A stretch of DNA of 64,000 nucleotides from Gemmatimonadota bacterium. Its GTDB lineage: Bacteria > Gemmatimonadota > Gemmatimonadetes > Gemmatimonadales > GWC2-71-9. The position numbers and the translations under genes are program-made. The notes below the pieces were generated by a model. It was not told where the DNA came from and did not search any database. It saw only the letters and a program-made list of their open reading frames with translations. The stretch spans positions 7,162 to 71,161 of the forward strand of contig JBDHKN010000006.1 in NCBI GenBank assembly GCA_039586365.1, given 5' to 3'. This document shows, piece after piece, positions 57,749 through 64,000 of the stretch. Every line of letters begins with the position of its first letter. Position 1 is the stretch's first letter.

Positions 57749-59296
57749 ATGACGACCGACGGAAGCAAACGGCCACCTGGTATCGTCTATCTAGTGGGTG
57801 CCGGTCCTGGGGATCCCGGTCTAATCACGCTGCGCGCTGTTGAGTGTCTTGGACGGGCCGATGTGGTCATATACGATTATCTCGTCAACCCGGTCCTAGT
57901 CAGGCACGCCGCGGCTGCTGCGGAACTCGTCTGTCTTGGTCGCCCAACTACAGGACGCACTGTCTCCCAGGCAGAGATCAACCAACTAATGCTGGAGGCG
58001 GCTCAGGACGGCAAGATAGTCGTGCGGTTGAAGGGTGGGGATCCCTCGGTATTTGGCCGTGGGGCCGACGAGACAGGAGCCCTGCGGGAGGCAGGAATCC
58101 CCTTCGAGGTTATTCCGGGCATCACAGCTGGCCTAGCGGTCGGAGCCTACTGCGAAATCCCAATTACCCATCACGAGGATGCATCAGCTATCGCGTTGAT
58201 AACGGGTCGGGAACGTGACGAGAAAGGGGAGTCTGCCATTGATCACGCTGCGCTGGCCCGCTTCCCTGGCACACTCGTCTTCTACATGGGAGTCGAAAAG
58301 GTGACTCAGTGGAGCCAAGGCTTGATCGGACACGGAAAGCCACCCGAGACTCCCGTTGCAGTCGTTCGGTGGTGCACGCGTGCCCAGCAGCAAGAGATCC
58401 GCTGCACGCTGGGTACGGTTGCCGATACCATTAGGGACCACGCGCTGCGTCCACCGGCACTGTTCGTAGTAGGCAAAGCGGTGGACCGCGCGCCTGTGCG
58501 CTCCTGGTTCACAGAGCGACCGCTGTTCGGGCAGCGAATTCTCGTACCGGGATCGCAGACAACGTCTGACAGACTGCGCGACAGACTTGCAGAACTCGGG
58601 GCGGATGCGATCACGCAGCCGGCGATTCGGATTAGCGAACCGGCTGACTGGGCAGCCGTGGATGATGCACTGGACAAGCTTGGCCAATACGATTGGCTGG
58701 TGTTCTCGAGTGGAAACGGCGTTGACTACTTGCTCAGAAGAATTGAATACCGGGGTGGGGATGTGCGCTGGCTAGGACGCATCAAGCTTGCGGCTATGGG
58801 CTCGGGCACTGCCGAGCGGTTGGCCCACTATCACCTCAAAGCAGATCTGGTCCCTGCGCAGTTCGTGGCGGAATCCCTGGCGGGTACACTTGTGGGAGAA
58901 GCTGAACGCAGGCGATTTCTGCTGGCCCGGGCTAGCAGGGGTCGGGAAGTGCTGGCAATGGAGCTGAGAGAGGCTGGGGCCCACGTCGATCAGATTGTTG
59001 TGTACGACAGTGTTGATGTTGAGGAACCCGACCCTGACGTAGCCGCTCAGCTCACGGCTGGGGCGATCCATTGGATCACAGTCACGAGTTCGGCCGTAGC
59101 CCGCTCCCTGGTGAACCTCTACGGTGACGACCTTGCAGCGGCGAGAATCGCCAGCATCGGTCCAGTGACCTCTGGTACACTACGCGATTTGGGTCACGAA
59201 CCTTCAGTCGAGGCCACGCCACAATCGATCGAGGGTCTGGTGGAGGCGATTCAGCGTTTGTCGACTGTCGACCGACGACTGACGATGCACGATTGA
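57749..59296 (+). CDS. cobA-hemD: Bifunctional uroporphyrinogen-III C-methyltransferase / uroporphyrinogen-III synthase
   Basis: N-half: VYLVGAGPGDPGLITLRAVECLGRADVVIYD and RLKGGDPSVFGR (SUMT). C-half of ~250 aa with a HemD-like pattern (ILVPGSQ...WLVFSSGNGV...WITVTSS). Confidence 0.9.
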   Translation: MTTDGSKRPPGIVYLVGAGPGDPGLITLRAVECLGRADVVIYDYLVNPVLVRHAAAAAELVCLGRPTTGRTVSQAEINQLMLEAAQDGKIVVRLKGGDPSVFGRGADETGALREAGIPFEVIPGITAGLAVGAYCEIPITHHEDASAIALITGRERDEKGESAIDHAALARFPGTLVFYMGVEKVTQWSQGLIGHGKPPETPVAVVRWCTRAQQQEIRCTLGTVADTIRDHALRPPALFVVGKAVDRAPVRSWFTERPLFGQRILVPGSQTTSDRLRDRLAELGADAITQPAIRISEPADWAAVDDALDKLGQYDWLVFSSGNGVDYLLRRIEYRGGDVRWLGRIKLAAMGSGTAERLAHYHLKADLVPAQFVAESLAGTLVGEAERRRFLLARASRGREVLAMELREAGAHVDQIVVYDSVDVEEPDPDVAAQLTAGAIHWITVTSSAVARSLVNLYGDDLAAARIASIGPVTSGTLRDLGHEPSVEATPQSIEGLVEAIQRLSTVDRRLTMHD

Positions 59297-59362
59297 CTAA
59301 TGGCAAAGGGCGATCCGTGGCCGATCTCCCGAGCTACGTCGTCAACGCTGAATGATCAGTCG

Positions 59363-60025
59363 TCAATAGTCAGTCGTCAATCGGCTGGCTAGTTGGGCCA
59401 CAGTAGTTCGCTTGAGCACTCTGTCTTCGTACAAATCCACCGGACCCTCGTCAGAGAGCAAGTCCTGCCTTCCTGTCAGGATGGCGGCCTGCCCCAGCTC
59501 TCCCAGACACCAGACAGCCATGCCGCGAGACTGCGGCTTGGGGTCCTTCAGGGCTGCGGCAATCGCCGGCATGACTTCCTGAACATGATCGCCTGCTAGA
59601 GCGCCAACACGACCTATGGCCCAGAGTGCGCCAGGTCTGAAGTGCTCGAGATCCTCCTCAGCTAGCTCCAAAATCAGTGTCACTACTATTGGTATGTACT
59701 CGCCGAAGAGCGCCGGCATGTGGTGAACAACTTCGGCAATTGCCTCCGGTGCGTGCCAGCAGATGCCGCCAGACTCTTCGGTTATCAGCCAGAACAAGCG
59801 CCGCAGGTGTTCTCGGACGTAGGCGGGATCGTCGTTCGCGATGCGGACGGCCGCCAATGCCTGTGCCTCGACGGCACGCCAGCAGATTTGTGGATCCTCG
59901 TCATAGGTGAGAGAAATGAGGACTTTGAGGATACGCCTCCTCGTCGCCGCCATTTCAGCAATCTGTTCAAGTTGCCCTTGATCGAGCAGCTGTCGCAGGG
60001 TGTGTTTGAGTGCGATGTGTGCCAT
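59363..60025 (-). CDS. HEAT/armadillo-like repeat protein (possibly DVU0298-type family)
   Basis: ATG 60025 (MAHIALKHTLRQLL...). Helical-repeat composition with ICWRAVEA...ICWHAPEAIAEV...ALWAIGRVG...AVWCLGELG. The family name is recalled, not verified. The upstream 65 codons of the track ORF look non-coding. Confidence 0.45.
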   Translation of the reverse strand: MAHIALKHTLRQLLDQGQLEQIAEMAATRRRILKVLISLTYDEDPQICWRAVEAQALAAVRIANDDPAYVREHLRRLFWLITEESGGICWHAPEAIAEVVHHMPALFGEYIPIVVTLILELAEEDLEHFRPGALWAIGRVGALAGDHVQEVMPAIAAALKDPKPQSRGMAVWCLGELGQAAILTGRQDLLSDEGPVDLYEDRVLKRTTVAQLASRLTTDY

Positions 60026-60241
60026 CCGTAGTAATCCTAGATTGTCGCCGGCCCTACTCCCGGGAGATACCCCACGAAGCATACCGTGTCTATCTGCGAC
60101 GTCAATTTCAGTATAGTGCAACCTGTGTGACTGTTGTCTGATTGCTCTTTCATCACGGAGTGCTATACTGAAAAACCAGTGTGGGTTGGAGAACCGAGGT
60201 GCATGGATTGCGGGAGACACGTACTGGAAGGAGGATGTCGC

Positions 60242-61585
60242 ATGAGCGACCGTGAGGGCATAGCAGCTCTTTGGACCAAGGAAGACTGGTGGGCGGTCTG
60301 GCTCGGGTTGGGGATCATCGCCTGTGCGATCGTCTTCTTTGTGGCAGGAGGCACGCTCAGACCATTGGCCGTCAGCCCTCCGAGGGATTGGACGGTATTT
60401 TCAAGGGTAACATCACATTTTGCTGAGAACTGGATCTGGTACGTTCTGCTCTACCTGGTGTTCGGCGGCGTATTCACGTTGAGTACGTCTGTCATGGGCC
60501 ACAAGGCGAAGCAATACGTACCCGGCTTCACGCTGATATTCCTGGTCTCAGTTTTCATCCTAGTAGTCAGCCAGAGTCAGTTCTTCCACTACTACAGTCT
60601 GGAGGCGCCGTTGGTGGCGCTCATCCTGGGCCTTTTCGTCGGGAACTTCGCCAGGCTGCCCGATTGGCTCGACAGTTCTCTCAGGACCGAGTACTACATC
60701 AAGACAGGCATTGTTTTGCTGGGTGCAACCTTGCCGCTGACCTTGATCGTCACCGCTGGGCCGATCGCCTTTCTTCAAGCTACTATTGTATCGCTCTGCA
60801 CATGGCTGGCAATGTTTTTCTTCGCGACCCGCGTGTTCAAACTCGACAAGCGCTTCGGAGCGGTACTTGGAGCCGGTGGTGCTGTGTGTGGAGTCTCTGC
60901 ATCCATCGCGGTTGGTGGAGCGGTGAAGGCAGACAAGGAACACGTGGCAATCAGCATATCGATTGTATCTCTGTGGGCACTCGTCATGATCTTCTTCCTG
61001 CCACTGGCGAGCAAGGCTCTGGGCCTTCATCCGGGCGTGGCGGGAGCCTGGATAGGAACCAGCGAGTTTGCTGACGCCGCGGGCTACGCGGCCGCGCAGA
61101 CTATTGCTTCGAACTCCGGCAACGAAGCTGCCATCCAGACCTTCACTCTCATGAAAGTGATCGGACGGGATATCTGGATCGGGATCTGGGCGTTCGTGCT
61201 GTCGATCGTCTCTGTGGCCCTGTGGGAGCGAGGGTCCAACACGGGGGGCTCGACGGTGGGAGTAGGGGTCATATGGTCACGATTCCCGAAGTTCGTTATC
61301 GGGTTCTTCCTCGCCTCAGTAATCATGAGCATCCTGGTGGCGAGTTCCTCGGCCGACTACGCAGCCGACATTACACCGAGGCTCATTACGCCCATCAAGA
61401 CACTGCGGACTTGGACGTTTGTCTTCACGTTCCTTTGCATCGGTCTCACCACACGATTTCGTGATCTGGCCAAGTTTGGAATGCCACCCTTCTGGGCATT
61501 TACTGTCGGTGTTCTCGTGAATGTTCCACTGGGCTACTTCTTGTCCACAGTGGTTTTCGGTGACTACTGGATGGCTGTGCAGTGA
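60242..61585 (+). CDS. YeiH/UPF0324-type putative sulfate-exporter family membrane transporter
   Basis: ATG 60242, 7 nt after GGAGG. ~447 aa, 10 or more TM helices, with the KTGIVLLGATL motif typical of the family. Confidence 0.68.
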   Translation: MSDREGIAALWTKEDWWAVWLGLGIIACAIVFFVAGGTLRPLAVSPPRDWTVFSRVTSHFAENWIWYVLLYLVFGGVFTLSTSVMGHKAKQYVPGFTLIFLVSVFILVVSQSQFFHYYSLEAPLVALILGLFVGNFARLPDWLDSSLRTEYYIKTGIVLLGATLPLTLIVTAGPIAFLQATIVSLCTWLAMFFFATRVFKLDKRFGAVLGAGGAVCGVSASIAVGGAVKADKEHVAISISIVSLWALVMIFFLPLASKALGLHPGVAGAWIGTSEFADAAGYAAAQTIASNSGNEAAIQTFTLMKVIGRDIWIGIWAFVLSIVSVALWERGSNTGGSTVGVGVIWSRFPKFVIGFFLASVIMSILVASSSADYAADITPRLITPIKTLRTWTFVFTFLCIGLTTRFRDLAKFGMPPFWAFTVGVLVNVPLGYFLSTVVFGDYWMAVQ

Positions 61586-61604
61586 AGCAATCGCTGTGAT
61601 CTAG

Positions 61605-61641
61605 GCAATCAGCTGCCAGCAGATTGCTGGCAGCTGATTGC
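61605..61641. terminator. Perfect 17-bp hairpin between convergent genes (bidirectional terminator candidate)
   Basis: GCAATCAGCTGCCAGCA-GAT-TGCTGGCAGCTGATTGC, lying between the YeiH stop (61585) and the Fe-S protein stop (61650). There is no flanking T-run. Confidence 0.6.
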
Positions 61642-61649
61642 TGATGGCT

Positions 61650-63269
61650 CTAATGCATCTCCCACTCGATGAACCCAGGTTCCACATCAGTCATGCAGTT
61701 CACAATCAACTCAACCAGGCCGTCATAGAGAATGGAGTGTTTCTCCCATAGGTCGTAGTAGTTGAACAGGTCGCGCAACTGACCTTTACAGTTCGAGCAT
61801 GGTGCACAAACGTATTTCTGAATTGACGGATCGAGCTCGTCCTTGAAGGCATTCAGGATCTGCTCCATCTTCTTGCGGCCGCTGACCTGGGCCCGCCAAT
61901 CAGCGAAGTTGTGGCCCGACATGATCGCAAATCCACTGCCCCCTCCGCAGCAATAATTGTCCACGCCGTGGGGCGTCATCTCCCTGAACCGCGGAGCGAT
62001 CTTCCTGATGACACGTCGCTGTGGCTCAACTATACCCATCAGCCTGACAACGTTGCACGGATCGTGCAAGGTGACGGGGAAATCGTTGCGCAACGGATCG
62101 ACCTTGACCCTCCCAGAAGAAACGAGATTCTCCAGTGTCACGAAACAGCTTTCCCGTGGGATGTTGAGGTCGCCGGTCAACACGCGGTCAGCGATTACCG
62201 TGAGGGCTTTGTGGGCGTGTCCACACTCCCCGAGCACGATCTTCTTTACTCCGAGCTTCTTGGCGATCTGAGCATGCTGGATGGCGACACGGGCAAACTG
62301 AGCGTCGTCATACCAAACACCATAGTTGACGCTGTCGTAACCAGCAAGTTCGCTCGACATGGTCCAGTTCAAGCCAGCTGACTCGAATATTACTGCAAAC
62401 GCCCCGGGATTCATGGGCCAAGACAGGATTTCGCCGGCGTTGTGGATCAGCAGTATGTCGGCGCCCTCCTTGTCCCACGGAGTCTCGATCGTCAAGCCCG
62501 TTTTCTCAGAGACGTCCTCATCTATGAACTCCATATTGTCCTTGACCACGATGGCGTTCATACCCGTAGAAGATCCGACCTTGAGTTGCTGGACGGAGCC
62601 GGCCTCGTGCAGTTCTTTGGGGGCTATACCCATCTCCATGCTGAAGACCTTGCGGATCTCGTGTGCGATCAATGCATTGTCGACGCCGATCGGGCAGGTC
62701 TGGGCACAACGCCGGCATAGGTTGCAGCGATAGGCTAGCTCTGCCAGACGAGCAACCGTGGTCCAGTTCAGCTCTATCTCTCCGTCCTGCCAGGCCTGAA
62801 GCATTCCGCCATTTCCCTTGTGCTTGACGTGTTTCTTGTACAAGCGGCGAAAAACCTCTGAGCGATAGGCAGGTCGATAGACAGGATTGTTCCCGCTTGC
62901 CTCATAGATGTGACATGCATCCGAGCAAGTGTGGCAGGTGGCACAGTGCTCCATCGACATCAGGAGCGGCTGCAGGAAAGTCCAGTTGTTCTCCTTGGTG
63001 AACAGCTTCTGCAGTCCAGAGAGGAACTGCGCAACCAGCTTGTCCTCCTCTTCTTTGGTCTTGGGCTTCGGGATGCTGACGGCAATCGTGTCGTCCATTG
63101 AGGACTCGTATGTCTCCTCAGCCTTTTCGCTCAAGGGCTTGAAGTCCGGCGTAGCCTCAGGAGTCTGGAATGGTTCTGGGAGAGGCTTGAAATCCTCTTT
63201 TCTCAGCTCGGTCAGCTTCGCCGACGGCTTGGATATATCTTCGATTCTTACCCGCTTCCTCGTTTGCAT
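61650..63269 (-). CDS. HdrD/DsrK-like Fe-S oxidoreductase (CCG-domain protein)
   Basis: ATG 63269. CATCHTCSDACHIY and CNLCRRCAQTCPIG ferredoxin motifs, CCG-domain motifs (HDPCN, YCCGGGSG, CAPCSNC), and a ~100-aa acidic/Pro-rich N-terminal extension. Confidence 0.8.
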   Translation of the reverse strand: MQTRKRVRIEDISKPSAKLTELRKEDFKPLPEPFQTPEATPDFKPLSEKAEETYESSMDDTIAVSIPKPKTKEEEDKLVAQFLSGLQKLFTKENNWTFLQPLLMSMEHCATCHTCSDACHIYEASGNNPVYRPAYRSEVFRRLYKKHVKHKGNGGMLQAWQDGEIELNWTTVARLAELAYRCNLCRRCAQTCPIGVDNALIAHEIRKVFSMEMGIAPKELHEAGSVQQLKVGSSTGMNAIVVKDNMEFIDEDVSEKTGLTIETPWDKEGADILLIHNAGEILSWPMNPGAFAVIFESAGLNWTMSSELAGYDSVNYGVWYDDAQFARVAIQHAQIAKKLGVKKIVLGECGHAHKALTVIADRVLTGDLNIPRESCFVTLENLVSSGRVKVDPLRNDFPVTLHDPCNVVRLMGIVEPQRRVIRKIAPRFREMTPHGVDNYCCGGGSGFAIMSGHNFADWRAQVSGRKKMEQILNAFKDELDPSIQKYVCAPCSNCKGQLRDLFNYYDLWEKHSILYDGLVELIVNCMTDVEPGFIEWEMH

Positions 63270-63271
63270 GC

Positions 63272-64000
63272 CTAGTTCTCCTCGACACCGGAGGTTGCCA
63301 CGTCGACCCAATTCTTCTTTCCGTCCCCTCGAATGTGGGGCGCTGACCAACTCACCGGATACTGCAAGGCCTCGGACACCTTACGTTCGATCTTTCCGCC
63401 TTTGAAGCTCGGCTCGTCACTCCACCTGATATCATGCCACATGAAGTACTTGGTAAAGAAATGCGACATATGAGTGAGAGGGATGTAAGCCACCAGGAGA
63501 CAGCCCAGCACAATCTCGAGTGCAACCAAGACTGACGGGGCGTCGAGGCTCGAAAGGTTGAACGTCACGAGCTGGGTGAAGAACGCCCTGAGACCAGAGA
63601 AAGTCGGATCTACGGTAGCGTGCGCTAACAAGGCCACGGCCAACGTCACGATGAAGAAGGCAAGATTGAAGAAATCGGAGTGCTTGGTGTACTCGCGGTA
63701 GTCCGCATTGAAGGTTCGTCGCACGAGAAGTGCAACGGAACCCACCAGACCAAGGCCCAATCCCACATACCCAACCAAGTAGGTCAGGTGGTAGACGGTC
63801 CGTCCCAGCACTCCTCCATCGGCTGAGATGTCCATGCCAGCGGCACCGGCAATCCCTCCCAAAACCAACAAGCCAACCAGACCACCGAGCAGGTACAAAC
63901 CGAAATGGAACGGAAACGAGCGGAGCCATTGTTGCAGGTTGTGTTCGCGAACGCCGGCAAGCAATAGAATTTCGGGAACCATGAACTTCAGTTCGCCAAG
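63272..64000 (-). CDS. NarI/DsrM/HdrE-like heme-b membrane subunit (may extend past the window edge)
   Basis: Five TM helices and YIPLTHMSHFFTKYF, the same type of motif as LLHMPGVF in DsrM. Its stop lies 2 nt before the downstream Fe-S gene start. The frame remains open upstream of ATG 63982 to nt 64000. Confidence 0.7.
   Translation of the reverse strand, partial: LGELKFMVPEILLLAGVREHNLQQWLRSFPFHFGLYLLGGLVGLLVLGGIAGAAGMDISADGGVLGRTVYHLTYLVGYVGLGLGLVGSVALLVRRTFNADYREYTKHSDFFNLAFFIVTLAVALLAHATVDPTFSGLRAFFTQLVTFNLSSLDAPSVLVALEIVLGCLLVAYIPLTHMSHFFTKYFMWHDIRWSDEPSFKGGKIERKVSEALQYPVSWSAPHIRGDGKKNWVDVATSGVEEN

Noticed and set aside
59340-59382. Short direct repeats of GTCGTCAA(T/C), three copies with a 14-nt period for the last two, at the end of the cobA-hemD / HEAT-gene gap
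   Set aside because: The repeats are very short, they partly overlap the C-terminal codons of the minus-strand gene, and they have no accompanying structure. This is likely chance or slippage.
1-64000. Looked for CRISPR arrays, IS elements, integrases, phage genes and defence-system signatures
   Set aside because: No spaced direct-repeat arrays and no transposase, integrase or nuclease-helicase-type ORFs were found. The accessory-looking content is metabolic (sulfur and tetrapyrrole) rather than a mobile or defence island.

Overview
High-GC bacterial chromosome, probably from an uncultivated lineage; taxonomy cannot be assigned from the sequence alone. I found no rRNA, tRNA, CRISPR array, transposase or integrase.

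Layout:
- 1-4.6 kb: tail of the spc ribosomal-protein operon (rpsH', rplF, rplR, rpsE, rpmD, rplO, secY, map).
- 4.7-24.4 kb: housekeeping and envelope genes. These are suhB-like, trpS, a 2-hydroxyacid dehydrogenase, pilT, a dapA-like gene, an M28 peptidase, purA, a Wzc-like tyrosine kinase, a CarboxypepD_reg/Plug protein, an M14 carboxypeptidase, glyQS, and an NSS transporter with an unlisted MetS-like micro-ORF.
- 24.8-59.3 kb: a dense dissimilatory sulfate-reduction plus tetrapyrrole/siroheme block, all on the + strand except hemB. Gene order is hemL-hemC, hemB(-), rex, aprBA, two unknown Cys-rich genes, qmoAB, split qmoC, sat, dsrC, dsrT, dsrMKJOP, dsrABD, dsrL, dsrN, two cytidylate-kinase-like paralogs, TauE/SafE plus a small membrane protein, sirC, a HemH-like::HemA-like fusion, cbiX, cobA-hemD.
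- 59.4-64.0 kb: a HEAT-like protein, a YeiH-type transporter, and a second DsrMK-like (HdrD/NarI-like) pair.

Items most worth follow-up:
1. A zinc-ribbon plus YkgJ-type gene pair, translationally coupled between aprA and qmoA.
2. A qmoC that has apparently lost its first Fe-S motif and is split into a 34-codon remnant plus a TAATG-coupled main ORF.
3. Seven Rex-type operators arranged in repeated box-promoter-box modules in front of rex and aprB.
4. Co-occurrence of dsrD and dsrL.
5. Tandem P-loop-degenerate kinase-like paralogs inside the dsr cluster, one carrying a BON domain.
6. A ferrochelatase-like::glutamyl-tRNA-reductase-like fusion with substituted catalytic motifs.
7. A ribosomal protein L30 with a roughly 65-aa Lys/Ala-rich N-terminal extension.

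All functional calls rest on by-eye motif and family recognition in the translations. No database search was run.
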